A stretch of 64,000 nucleotides of DNA from Catajapyx aquilonaris. Its lineage: Eukaryota. The stretch spans positions 1 through 64,000 of the forward strand of contig KZ538202.1 in the NCBI GenBank assembly GCA_000934665.2, given 5' to 3'. Every line of letters starts with the position of its first letter. The first letter of the stretch is position 1. Both the position numbers and the translations under genes were made by a program. Below, one piece after another: positions 1 to 12,024 of this stretch. A model generated the notes under the pieces. That model had not been told where the DNA came from and searched no databases. It saw nothing but the letters and a program-made list of their open reading frames with translations.

Positions 1-49
1 ATCAGGAAAATGAAATAAAGTGCTGTACTACAAATAATATTATTATATT

Positions 50-112
50 AAAATAATCTGATTATAATCAAAATAATCCGATTATAATCAAAATAATACG
101 ATTATTGGATTA
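50..112. repeat. Short tandem repeat, ~21-bp unit (AAAATAATCCGATTATAATCA), about 3 copies
   Basis: Unit visibly repeated with single substitutions at the window start. Confidence 0.8.
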
Positions 113-202
113 TTTTAAAATAATCATTGATTATTGCCAACCCTGATTGTGCTGTACTGTACCAAAAGTAAATGAGCTTGCATTGGTAGTTGATTACTGG
201 TA

Positions 203-363
203 CAGTTCTGGTCATATATCGAGGCAACCGCCAGCGACATTTTCCGAAGCGGCAGAAGAAGGAATCGAGGATAAGCATACTTCAAGCATGGGTGAGCAAG
301 ATTCCTTCTTCTGCCACTTCGAAAAATGTCGCTGGCAGTTGCCTCGATATGTGACCAGAACTG
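203..363. mobile_element. Small foldback MITE with Tc1/pogo-like CAGT...ACTG ends
   Basis: ~65-bp inverted arms (CAGTTCTGGTCATATATCGAGGCAACCGCCAGCGACATTTT... / ...AAAATGTCGCTGGCAGTTGCCTCGATATGTGACCAGAACTG); TA on the left flank. Confidence 0.75.
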
Positions 364-1041
364 CACAGTACTTTGAATTGTACTGTACATTGCTGTACTG
401 CACTATGAAATCTGTGAGGTTTAAACCCTACTTATCTGTTGAACACATATGTTTGACAATTTTTTCAAGGTAAGGTTACACTCTATGTCTGTGGAAATGT
501 TTTGTAAAGTACAGTAATAACATTATTGAAAAAACATTATTTATACCAGTTGGTAACTTTGGTCCCCATTTCCCATTAGTGAAAATGTGAATAGTAGGCG
601 GTTCCAGAAATGCATTCTTAGAAGTCCATGAACTATACCACTGCATACCTGCAGTAATTAGGTCCAATTGATCGATAGCTCTGCACAAAATGCTGTTATT
701 TTGCTAGCAATGGTCTAGTGAAAATGACACTTCATTGACGTCCAATGAGTGTCCCATGTGGTTTCGGAAACCTTATACTACAAGCAGAAAACAATGCCCT
801 TTGGCAAGATATACTTCCTTTGACTTTGATCTGAACTAAAAATATGGCATTATGCAAAAGGGAGAAAAAAATGCCAACAATTTCCTGAGATTATGAACCT
901 CCACAGCTTGCAAAGACTTCAATAGGAAGAATCTGTACAGCATGGCATGGAATACTAAATTTGCGCTCTGTCAACCTTGATGCAACAGTATACTATTGGC
1001 CAGCAATAAATAAGATGAGCAGTGAACCATGATAAACACAC

Positions 1042-1246
1042 CTGTATCGAGGTTAGAATGGCTGAGACGTCATAGGTAGGACTCCACCTATTCTGGAGGA
1101 TGTCTAAGCAGATACCTCCATCTGCATAGACGTTAGGGTGGAACATTTTTGAGACGAATCTCACGGTGGGTGGCTTGTTAGGATATTCCTCTGTGAACTC
1201 GATGGTTAGCTTGAAGGTACCATCCTCAAAAGGAGTATCGTGAGGT
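1042..1246 (-). CDS. Rad6: Ubiquitin-conjugating enzyme E2 Rad6 (UBE2A/UbcD6), coding exon 3; gene continues off the left edge
   Basis: Encodes [68 protein letters not shown], with the HPN motif and catalytic Cys. TTTCAG acceptor, GTGTGT donor, 205 nt. Confidence 0.97.
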
Positions 1247-1285
1247 CTGAAAATAAATGTTGAATCAATATCCAATGCACACATA

Positions 1286-1939
1286 GAGGGTGATCTCTCG
1301 CAACTGAACCCAAACATTCCTCAATAACTTTTTAACTATGGTATGGTTCCCAATGAAAATTGACATGTACTTACCTTGTTGGATGCCAAACAAGGTCTGC
1401 TTAAAGAATATACCGAAAGTGGTCCCCTCCAGCATCCAAGCACTTTTGTTTGTGAGTCTGCACATAGCTGTAAGATTTTTGTAGCTGGCGGGAGACCGTT
1501 GCACATGATGCCACCACACACCCTGGTTCGGGCGGAGGGTGGCACATACATGATTAAAAACTGGCTATGCACCTCTGGCCAAAAAGGAGAAATATGTGCT
1601 GAGGTGACAATCATCATAATGGCAGCAAACTCCCGCCATATCGGGGCTAAAGGGCGCCAATTGTTCTGGGATTAATCCTGTATGTGCCACCCTCCACCAA
1701 AAGCAGGGTGTGTGTGGCAGTATCATGTGCAACGGCCTCCCGCCAGCTATTTACCCCTATATGCAGACTCGCATTCAAACATTCTTGGATGCTGGAGGGG
1801 ACCACTTTTGGTATATTCTCTAGTAAGACCTTGTTTGGCATCATACAAGGTAAGTACAAGTCAATTTTCATCAGGAACCATACCATAGTTTAAAAGTTAT
1901 TGAGGAATGTTTGGGCTCGGTTTTGAGAGGATCACCATG
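1286..1939. mobile_element. Tc1/mariner-type MITE with ~270-bp terminal inverted repeats in Rad6 intron 2
   Basis: 1286-~1557 is the reverse complement of ~1671-1939; ends GAGGGTGATC.../...GATCACCATG, flanked by TA on both sides. Confidence 0.85.
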
Positions 1940-3420
1940 TATAATAACCTCTTCAGTATTGGGTCTCAGTCACAGTACAATATGATTGCTCTACCCCCAT
2001 CATTATGAAAACTGAAATTCAATGTGCAAAAAAAGGTTAACATTTTACTCTCAGGATTCCTTCCTCCAACCCAATGAAAGGTCAGAGACCTATTGCAATA
2101 CTGAGGAGGGTATATGTTACTGTCACTGAGGGCTCTTGGTGTAACAGGCCCATTTCATTGACCTGGGCAGATAAGGGAGTTCAGGTTGGCCTCATCATAG
2201 TGGATAAAAGAGTGAAAAACATCCCTTGCCATGCATGGAAGCTGGAAAAAGTCAAGGAATTGAACCTATGACCTTTCACACCCATAGACATTGGCATATC
2301 ACTTGACCACCATGCCACCCTCCTCTCATCTCCTAATATTATATCTGATTAGCGATGCCATGTATGAGTGGTGTAAATGATGCAGAACCCAGGCTTTACT
2401 GCTGACACTCAATTTCTAAAAAAAGGCTCCATGCCATTGCTTAACTGAGTCAATGACCAGGCAAAAATAGTTTGCATGGGAATCTCTCAATGGCTTTGTT
2501 TACCCAGTTTCAGTGGCACAGGCATTGCAGGAATTTGATTAGCCAGCAATGGGACATGCCGTTGGTTCATGCTAAGAACAACTTTGCACATTTGTTACCA
2601 ATAACTGGCATCTCTATTGGATCACCAAAGTTCTTTATTACAATTGCTCCAAACCCAACTACATCCCTTATTAAGCACAGTTACACAGGGAAAAAGTAAT
2701 TCATGTACGGAACTTTCCAAGTCACAAATTTGGTCACTTATAAGTACTGTGCAATGATTTTATTTGCATGCACTCACTACAGTCACAAATCCAACAACAT
2801 TGCACATGATTTCTAAAAAAATTAACTTGATCCATGACTATAATGATGAGGATGGAAGTGAGCGGTATGATGGTGGATGAAATCAGTCTTAAGTGAAAAT
2901 ATTTTTCTTCCTCAGTCACATGCCAGTTGGAACCTTCAGCATGCTAAATCAACATTTGTGGAATCTCATGGTCCCCGTTTCACCACAACATGTTAAACAA
3001 TGGACAATCACTGCAATGCAATCCTTTTATACATTGAATCTGAGGAATTCCTGATAACATTCTAGTCATACGAAAGAAAGAAAAAACTTCAGTGATAGTC
3101 ACGCATGCATTTAAATTAAATTCTCATTTCAAGGAAACCAATGCAACTCCTTTAACATAGTCATTATCGGTGATCATGCCCTTTTCAGTGATTTCTGATC
3201 GTAAACAAAAAGAAAAAAAACTGAATGTGACAAAGAACAAACAAATAAGGCATGGGCAATGAGTCATCAAGGGGGGGGGNNNNNNNNNNNNNGGGGGGTG
3301 CATCAGCCTGAAAAGTGAAGGCGGTGCCAAGGTTGCAATATTGGAAGGTCAGCCTTGAAAACACACCTTCCTAGGTACTCGGATCTTATTGACAATTGAA
3401 ACTATTGCAAATTAACTCAC

Positions 3421-3501
3421 CCGAATATCACAGCATTCCATATCATGATGTTGTTGTCGGTAGGAGCACCACTCACACCGGCTGGGGGATCCTCCTGCAG
3501 C
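3421..3501 (-). CDS. Rad6: Rad6 coding exon 2
   Basis: 81 nt, (R)[30 protein letters not shown] acceptor, GTGAGT donor; phases join exons 1 and 3. Confidence 0.96.
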
Positions 3502-4369
3502 CTATTGGTTAGAAAATATCATATTACTCCTGTGATCAACAATCACCTCTTTAGCAACACCTAGAACATCCCTTAGCAAAAAAGAAAAACAATATTTGGG
3601 ACTGCTTCTAATGACCAGAGTTCATTCATCAGAAATCCACAAGATGACACTGCATAGCCATTTAAGATTATTACTCCAACAAAATGTCAAATATCATTGC
3701 AAAATTGTTAAAATAAATATATACATATCCACAATGATTACATTAACAACCAATTTGATCCTATTTCACTGCTTTTCTGCCACAGCTGATTTTATCAGAC
3801 TCGCCTTGAAATGAATTTCACTTGATTTACCAACACTTATCTGATTCACGCAAGGGTCTGGTGAAACAATGGTAATAATTATGCCAGCATGCGTAACAAT
3901 TATATTGTGTCATTCTATGTGCACCTAAACTGGTCTTCAGTACAAGTAGTACATTCACACCCACACTCAGCCCTTTATTCCACTGTAAATAATAATTCTA
4001 ACAACAGCAGTAAATCTATATCAATAAAAACTAGAAATGGGGAAGCCTCTACCCTAAAAAGTTGTAGCCAGTTACACAGACCCTGACTTAATTATATAGC
4101 TCCAACATATATTGAACAAGATTTATAAAACAAAATTTCTGATGTATGAGAACAATCTACAGAATTTACAAACTGCTAATGCAAAATACCACCAACTGTG
4201 AGAAGACAAGTCATTGCAGAGCATGGCAAGCTGCCCACCGAGACTCATTCCCTCACTCAGCTTGCATGTGTTAGCCAGCCGATGAATTTGCAAGTGATAA
4301 CTTGCAGTGAACATTATAGTGCTATTTTTCTTTTGTCTAGGTTACTTTTATTTGTTCCATTATATTGAC

Positions 4370-4490
4370 AATGGCTGAGAGAAAATATTCATCTGGGGAA
4401 AGGGCAAGCCTTCTTGCAAGTGTCATGTGATTGACTTGAAACCAAAATGGAAATCATCTGTAAGCATGAAGGTGGCCAAAGCACTACCAT
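4370..4490 (+). mobile_element. Degenerate pogo/Tigger-like transposase N-terminal (HTH) remnant
   Basis: With one frameshift reads KCHVIDL/ETKMEIICKHEGGQS, resembling the KRxxIxLExKxEIIxxxExG start of pogo/Tigger transposases. Confidence 0.45.
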
Positions 4491-4571
4491 GACACCCTTC
4501 CTTACCTCCAACCGTATAGAATATGACAGTGACCAGTATTAATTATGATTATGTGAATAAGATGCAATATG

Positions 4572-4861
4572 CAGGGTGACCCATACGTCTGGACCATGGG
4601 TTTAGAATACTCAGGTTAGGTCACTCCCACCTACCCCCTGCCGGGGCATTTTGCAGGGGGTGATCACCTGAGACATTTCCGAGCACTAGTATGTGGCGAC
4701 CCTACCGGACTACGCTGAAACGCAAAACGCCCCGGTAGGCGATAAGATCAGAATGTAGTATAAGTGTCCGGGGGCTGGTCTGGACACAGGTAATTGTATT
4801 GTTCCTTGACAATTGGCTACCTGGCAACCAACAAATGTGCCCATACTTTTGGGTCACCCTG
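4572..4861. mobile_element. Tc1-like MITE
   Basis: Termini CAGGGTGACCCA.../...TGGGTCACCCTG, followed by TA. Confidence 0.65.
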
Positions 4862-6506
4862 TATAATGAAACATGGCTCTTAAGTTGCACATAACTCGAC
4901 TTATGAATAGGGCTACAGAGTGATCCACTTCAGGATGGAGGCCTTTCTACACTTCAGGGGTGACGGTAAGAATAAGAACTGGCGTATTGGAGATGAGGCA
5001 AAAGTCAACATATTTTCATATTAAATGCACACCTGATAATAATCAGTCACCTAGCAGCTGACATGCAATTGTTAGCTTTTGATTGTTACTGCTGGCAACT
5101 GCTGCTGACTTAGGAAACAAAAAAAAAATGGACAGCATGCATGAAGACTGTGCCTTCAGCTCAGGAAGGGCAAACCAAAGAGTTCTACTAAAATATTCAT
5201 ATCTAGACTTCTCGAGAAATTACTGCCTTTCCTTTCCCCGGCTGAGACAGGCGCCATATTTACTTTGGTCAAGATCAATTGTTGACACTGTCTACTTCTT
5301 TGCTATGCGATGGCATCTCCATGGAAATGCGAAAGATGAGATCAAAGAGATGACATTTATGACCTGCGAAAAGACACTGACGAACCCTTTTCCACCCTGG
5401 ACTTGCACCCGAATGCGCAACAGTGGTATGGCATGGTCGTAACAATTTTCTTGAGTGCTGAGCCGGAACCAAACTACTTGTTTGGGCTCCTACAGAACAA
5501 CTACTGGGTCTAAACATTCTGTCAGTTGTCTAGCAACTGGGACAACAATTAAGTCCAACATGACCAAAGTAAAGATGGCGCCTACCTCACATTTCACCCC
5601 GAGTCATCTCTCTAGTGCGGCATTCCATTTCCTGATCACCATTATGGATTATTTTTTTTCTAGAATGGCCCTCCCTTCTGTTATTCCATGAAGATACCAT
5701 CATGCAGTAACAAACATCTGAGAATGTACTTATGGAATTATTCTATTGTTGACAATGTTTACTACTTTCGTTGCATGATGGCATCTCCATGGTAATTTGA
5801 ACATCGAGATGCTGGCTATAACGGAACGTCAGGCCGTTCCAGAAAACATCCATAGTGGCCATCAGGAAACGGGACAGTACCAAATCGCCCAATAGAACAC
5901 GGGCCCTCCTTCTATTGGGCGATTCATATGGTTTCATGGAAGCCATGAGCTCTCGCTGCTCTTCCGCCTGTTGTCTTTGGCGAGCAAAGTAGGGTGCAGT
6001 GGTCTCTTCCTCTACGGCCAAATCAGTGCACCTCAATTACAAGCCGAAGTCGCACAGTGAGTGCCCAAACTGCGAGCGGACCAATCCTCATTGAAAAAGT
6101 CTAGCATTACCAAGCAACTCCCAATAACTCTATAATGTTGACAGCATTCCGAACATAGCTCGGAACATTAATGGAACACAGCCCATATGGCCGTATCCAA
6201 GCACCTAGTGCCCTAGCAACCGCCCCACCAACAGAGCCCAAACACCTGTCATTGTTAAACAGCCACAACACATTTTATTTCAACCCCAGAAAAACCCACC
6301 AAACCCCTGAAATGTGGCAAACACCACTAAAACCCATTGCATCAGCTGATTCCTCCCTATCCCCCCCCCCCTCCCTTGCCTCAGAAACCCTGTTCGAATA
6401 AACCCCAGGCCGCTCCTATAATCCCCAGTGATTTTCCCAGCCCCTGGGCCAAACCCCCGTTTTTGCGTAACACCAGTCCCTTCCCCCGGTCTTAATTATA
6501 GCTTAC

Positions 6507-6550
6507 CTTTTGAAGTCTCGCATAAGACGTCTCCTTGCAGGAGTCGACAT
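6507..6550 (-). CDS. Rad6: Rad6 coding exon 1
   Basis: ATG at 6550, MSTPARRRLMRDFK(R), 44 nt, GTAAGC donor. Confidence 0.97.
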
Positions 6551-7110
6551 GGCTATGAACACGGAGCGTTCACTGGGAACGTCTACTCGGGACGAAAGCC
6601 AGCTGGTAAAAGGACTGTAAACAATGGTATAGTGATAGGTATCAACAACGTTGCTAAGGAGAAATCGAACTGACTCCACTCGCTGGGTTGACCACTACTA
6701 CATTCAATTTTTTTGTTGTTTTTTTTGTTTTGACAATGTGATGTTGGGGAGGGGAAGGTTGGGTGGGGGGGGGGGTGCTTTTTCCTGGGGTGGTGTATGT
6801 ATGACGTTAACATCCAGGAACTTACAACTGACGTCATGCTCCTTTCTTGGGTGCGCCCGCAGATATCGAATCGGTGTTGCATTTATCGATATGAGGGACG
6901 GCTAATCCTGCCTCCACTTCTGTTTTGATATATTTTTTATAAAAATTTGGGCGTAAATTGGATTAATTTTATGGTTTTTATGGTGTTTCGTGTAGGACGG
7001 ATGTATGTGGAGGTGTATCAGTGTTTTGATATATTTATCGATATACTGAATCAGCAGGTTTATGGTGTGGTGGGAGGGTAGCATGTGTGGGGCTGTGACG
7101 TCACGGCGGC
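6551..7110 (-). promoter_or_regulatory. Rad6 5'UTR/promoter region with two CRE (TGACGTCA at 6829 and 7096) and two DRE (TATCGATA at 6884 and 7036) motifs
   Basis: Exact motif matches immediately upstream of the Rad6 ATG. DRE is a known insect housekeeping-promoter element. Function is inferred. Confidence 0.5.
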
Positions 7111-7242
7111 TGCGTGTTGTTCCGGCCAGGCCAATCATGAGAGGATGCAAGTGCATACCGCGTGTTTCGGATTTGAGTTCACATATATATTGGTAAACAT
7201 CTGGCGGATGCTCATTTTCAGCGTTGGAAAGCACAGTTTTAA

Positions 7243-7776
7243 CCCTGGAACCGTGCCGTGCCTACGAGTATTGCAACCGTGCCGTGGGGTCTTTTCGGAC
7301 CCCATCCATATTTTAATTTTAATTAATTATTATATAATACTTTTCAATGTATTGACTATAATTATATACAATCATTCTTTGAACAATGCCTAAAAGGATC
7401 GCTAATTAAAAATAAATCTGCACTTCCTGTTATATACTTTATAATTGATATTAGGGAGGTTGGCCCAGCATTGCCTTTCAACCTCCAAGGATAGGGAAGG
7501 AAGGAAGCGGCTGTGGCCTATTATACGGAAGCGACCCCGGAATTATCCTAGAAAGACCGTGGAAAACCACAGATAACCACGTTCAGGGTTGCCGGTCCCG
7601 GGATTCGAACCCAGGACCTCCCGATTATAGCAGTCGGACGCCTTATCCACTATGCCAACCTGCTTCGGTCCTGTTATATACTGTAAAAAAAATGGCAAAA
7701 GTTCATTGTAATTATATCATTTTAATGCATTTTTCTCCTTGGGGTCCAAAAAGACCCCCACGGCACGGTTCCAGGG
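7243..7776. mobile_element. piggyBac-like MITE, copy 1, interrupted by a SINE
   Basis: TTAA-CCCTGGAACCGTGCCGTG...CACGGCACGGTTCCAGGG-TTAA. Confidence 0.85.
7439..7670 (-). mobile_element. tRNA-derived SINE, family A (Ser-GCT-like anticodon loop GACTGCTAATC)
   Basis: A box TGGCATAGTGG, B box GGTTCGAATCC, body ...TAGGCCACAGCCGCTTCCTTCC; TSD CTGTTATATACT at 7427-7438 and 7671-7682. Confidence 0.9.
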
Positions 7777-7932
7777 TTAACCCTCAGAGCCCGGCAGATA
7801 AATGGCAGGTACTACCGAGAAAGCCGGCAAGCCTTTTCGTGAGTATTTTTTTATAGTGAAGTCTTTGTGGCCCCCAAAACAATGTTACAGTAAAAGATTA
7901 CAAAGGAAAGTTATACATTAATGTTTAACTTA

Positions 7933-8541
7933 CAAGGGAAGTGTCTGTAGGGCCATCGGCCAATCGGCCCGAAAATGACACTAGGGGTAAATCGCAGGCC
8001 AGAAATTCATTGGTGAAAGTAAAAAGTCGCATTAGTCAAGCGTTTTCGAGATATGGGCGACTATAGGTGCCCGGCAAACACGAATAAGTTATTATTTACT
8101 GAGCTTGTGACTATTAATTTTTCCGAATATGAAGCCATGGAGAGAGTAGGTAAGCATCGGCAGAAGAAAAAAAAGTAATACACTTCCCAGCAAGCTGTTT
8201 ATTTATTCCTGTTGATTGCAAAAGGGAAGATATGCGGTGATAAACGGTGTTGGGGAAGAAAGAANGGGGGGGAAGTCGCTTCCCGCGGACTTGAACGCCG
8301 AGACTTCGGATCATGACGCGGACGCGCTACCGACTGAGCCACGAAGACTGTTTATAATTTATTCTGCCGAATGCGCCCCATTGTCACCGAGCAGGTTTGC
8401 CGGGCACCTATAGTCGCCCATATCTCGAAAACGCTTGGCTAATGCGACTTTTTACTTTCACAAATGAATTTCTGGCCTGCGATTTACCCCTAGTGTCATT
8501 TTCGGGCCGATTGGCCGATGGCCCTACAGACACTTCCCTTG
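7933..8541. mobile_element. Long-TIR non-autonomous DNA transposon (~145-bp TIRs, TTA duplication, Harbinger-like)
   Basis: CAAGGGAAGTGTCTGTAGGGCC...GGCCCTACAGACACTTCCCTTG with near-perfect arms; TTA on both sides. Confidence 0.85.
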
Positions 8542-8639
8542 TTAGACTTGAGGCTTTTCAAAATAATATAGAAATTACGAAGAGTTGGGACTCATGTGGC
8601 CATGGCAGCAACACGGTACGGTATGGAAAGCAATATTTT

Positions 8640-8990
8640 TTTATTTTTTTATTTTTTATTTTACCCCGTGATGTCCCTTACGGGAGCTATAGGGGGGTGG
8701 CATACCACCATCAGTTTTCTGTATATATTTTCACTTCATTCTCAGGTGCAAGGAAACAGGGACAATGGGAAAGCATAGGATTTTTGGGGAGGGAACATGG
8801 GTGCAAGGTGCAATGTCGTAGCTACGGGTCACATATGTGCTGTTCCCCAGGAGGTGAGGTTGCCAGACACCTCCTTGGTGCAGGTCAGAGACCCTCCTGA
8901 CGCAGGTGAAAGGAAAGTTCCCCAGGCGGGGATCGAACCTGGGGCCTTTCACTCAGCAAGTTACCATCTCGTCCACCACACCTCCCCTAT
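8640..8990 (-). mobile_element. tRNA-derived SINE, family D
   Basis: Head with B box GGTTCGATCCC near 8930-8940; 3' stem-loop at 8661-8700 and A-rich tail. Confidence 0.65.
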
Positions 8991-9068
8991 GGAAAGCAAT
9001 ATTGAAACCCATATTTCTCAAGTTGAAAATTATCAAAACTCAGCCAAATTTCTCTATACCCCTAATTT

Positions 9069-9250
9069 AGGGGAGACGGAGTGGCGCTGCGGTAACTAAC
9101 GTATGTGCCTACGGATGGAAGGGTCCCGGGTTCGATCCTAGCCTGGGGTCTCCCCCCCTCATCTCGTGCAGAGTTGGGTCGTCTCTGGCTTCGTCTCGTG
9201 TTAATCTCCAATAGACTAATCCACCCGGGGGAGTTCACAAAATGTACCGT
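9069..9250 (+). mobile_element. tRNA-derived SINE, family B (Arg-ACG-like head), 3'-incomplete
   Basis: GGGGAGACGGAGTGGCGCTGCGGTAAC...GGTTCGATCC...CCACCCGGGGGAGTTCAC, shared with four other copies. Confidence 0.85.
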
Positions 9251-9278
9251 TTGAATGTTTCATTTAAAATCGACATTG

Positions 9279-9536
9279 ACCCTGGAACCGTACCGTGGGG
9301 TCTTTTCGGACCCCAAAGGAATTAAAATGCATTAACATTACAATTACAATGAACTGTTTGCCATTTTTTTAAAGTATATAACAGGAAGTGCATGTTTATT
9401 TTGAATTAGCGATCATTTTAGGCATGGTTCAAAGAATGATTGTATAGGTCAATACATTGAAAAGTATTATATAAAAATTAATAAAAATTAAAATATAGCG
9501 TTAGTTCCTAAAAGACCCCACAGCACGGTTCCAGGG
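9279..9536. mobile_element. piggyBac-like MITE, copy 2, inverted relative to copy 1 and without the SINE
   Basis: Same TIRs; internal sequence is the reverse complement of copy 1; single-copy AAGTATATAACAGG empty site. Confidence 0.85.
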
Positions 9537-11577
9537 TTAAATTGACATTGACCAATTCTTCAAACATAATTATATCCAGCATATTATTTATATTATTACT
9601 GAATACATATTATAAGTGTTATGTAGGTATGTAATCACACATTCACCCCTCACCCAACCCCCATGGTATCTTCACCTTGCCTTGCCTTGGGGGGGGGGGG
9701 GGGGCTTATGTATCTCCGGTGACCCCAAGAGCTAGCTGCATCGTCTGCAGTATCTTAATCTACTAGCTGGCACGGTCATTCAAATCAGAAAGGTCAAAGA
9801 GTGATACCCCAGCTGCAGCTATTTTCTTGCAGAGGGCATTTACCTGTTTCACCACTGACTGGTACTTTGTTTATCGGCTTAATTTTGATATACCGGTATA
9901 CAATGCCCAAGAGCCCAACCCGATCAGGCAACTATAGCCTACAGTATAGGCACATACAATAAGACATATGGCACATGCCACTGTTTGCCAATATATCAAG
10001 ATGCTATGATGTGATTTGAAGGCAGCCAGTTGCAAATGATCTCTTGCAGCTAGCCAGTGATGCAGAGACCTCTTACATCCCAACCGGTTTATTGCTCAGG
10101 TCATAGACTTACTGATGATCCTGGATGTTTCTGCTCCATTTGAGAATATATTGTCTGGAAGTATGCGACCACTGCTGAATATTTCAGGTTGAATTTACAG
10201 AGGTTCATGGTGGAAATTGAAGAGCACGTAGTATAATAATTAAGTCCTCACAGCTCATTGCACATGTCTGAAAATGTTAACATATAAAGCATGGCTGTAT
10301 ATCGTCATGATCACTCTTGCAAAAAAAAAATTACGTACGTAAGTTTACACTATAAGTTGAAAAATGTACGGTTGTAAAGTCTAAGTGATATAGATAAATC
10401 TTTCTCGCTATTGCATAGTGAACAGGGATCGTATTTAGACCAGCGCAACTTGTACCCTTCGTAGTAAGAGCTCCAGAACCTAATGGTCATCAAACAGATA
10501 GTCCTGCCCCCTGAAGGAGGGGTGGAGATCTTGATAGAATACATGCCCAGAAGAACTTGCTAGGTTTACCGTATCTTGCTGAATAGTGTTGTCAATAAAT
10601 TTGGTAATTATGTCTTTGCTGACTGCCTATATAGTACAGAGCAATAATAATAATTCGTCATGTAAAAGTTTGAGAAGTACGACATGGTCCAGAATGAAGA
10701 GGATTCAGCAAGTACTGCATTCAGACACTTCACTGACACATGGTGGCATTGAGGTAAAATATAGCGGTGCGAGCTGACTAAAGATTTTACAAGTTTAGAG
10801 CATCAACAAGTATATTACAATGATCATGTTTCTGTTGGTTAATCTAGGGGTAGGCTACAAATTGTAATAAATATGATCAGCAGAAATTTACTGGGCATTG
10901 TAAAATCTGTTTGCTATGTACGAGGTATAGTGGTAAGCTTAACTTCAAACACTGTAAGTTATATCAAATTTGAAGCTGATTCTAGAGCTTCTAATTAATA
11001 CAGGGTTAACAATGACAGTAACACAATACACTAACTTGTATTATCCATGTTATTTGAAGTGCAAAAAATATATTATTTCATTCCTATTTTCCAGAGCCTG
11101 GTGCACCACGAGGAGCAACAAATTTGATGTCGCCTTCTATGAGTACAATGTTCACTTTTACCATGACTGCGAGGAGTAACAGACTCCGACAAGACAAAAT
11201 AGTCAGCAACATCCCAACCTGCCATCTTCACTGGGGGCAATGCGGCAACATACGCCCTGCAGTGTTCCGATTTTTCTCATGCGAGAGGCTGCCAGATGTT
11301 GACCTTAACATGACTCCAGGAGAGCTCCAGAGGTCCAAACCACTTCTGAGCTCGTGGTGGAGCGTGTGGGTGATCTGCTCCTACCAGAAGAGGAACAAGT
11401 CGGGGGACAACTTCATCCCTGTCACCTACCTGCAGTCACTACCTGCCTTCCTGCGGTGAGAATCATTAGGATTAATACACTTTTGGTGCAAACGTTGTGC
11501 AGACGAGATTAAGTCATCATAAGTAAATGAGTTTGTTGTTATTGTTATTGCTTCAGTAGCAAAGTTCCATAGTCAGA

Positions 11578-11579
11578 TA

Positions 11580-11664
<85 letters not shown>
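11578..11664. repeat. (AAT)n microsatellite, distal part of a SINE-B tail
   Basis: Perfect trinucleotide run. Confidence 0.95.
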
Positions 11665-11937
11665 TCATACCCCGTTATCAGCCATTTTTTGGCTCTTTAG
11701 GGGGGAAGTTTCTTTTGCCTGGAACTCTTTGCTTTCATTTTACTGTGCTTTTTGGGATAGGATAGGGACGGAAGGAAGCAGCTGTGGCCTATTAATTACG
11801 GAAGCAACTCCGGAATTTTCCTGGAAGGACAGTGGGAAACCACAGAAAACCACGGTCAGAGTTGCCAGCCCCGGGATTTAATCCCAGGACCTCCCGATTA
11901 GCAGTCTGGCTCCTTAACCCCTACACCAACCTGCTTC

Positions 11938-11940
<3 letters not shown>
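11665..11940 (-). mobile_element. SINE family A inserted within the (AAT)n tail of a SINE B
   Basis: Head ACCGAAGCAGGTTGG..., family-A body, flanked by (AAT)n on both sides. Confidence 0.88.

Positions 11941-12024
<84 letters not shown>

Noticed and set aside
50..112. Regularly spaced short repeats as a CRISPR array
   Set aside because: Units are contiguous with no unique spacers, and the context is eukaryotic.
1..1041. Rad6 terminal exon (SLL..PNPNSPAN...)
   Set aside because: Not found on the minus strand here; it must lie beyond the left edge.
1265..1893. Mutually similar ORFs on opposite strands (also 38828-39255)
   Set aside because: Artefacts of the inverted arms of MITEs; no recognisable protein.
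7590..7670. tRNA-like sequences here and at ~8930, 9070, 11900, 12300, 13870, 23280, 29515, 32280, 33460, 34810 and 50005 as tRNA genes
   Set aside because: Acceptor stems do not close and each continues into a shared repeat body with tail and usually a TSD, so they are SINE heads.
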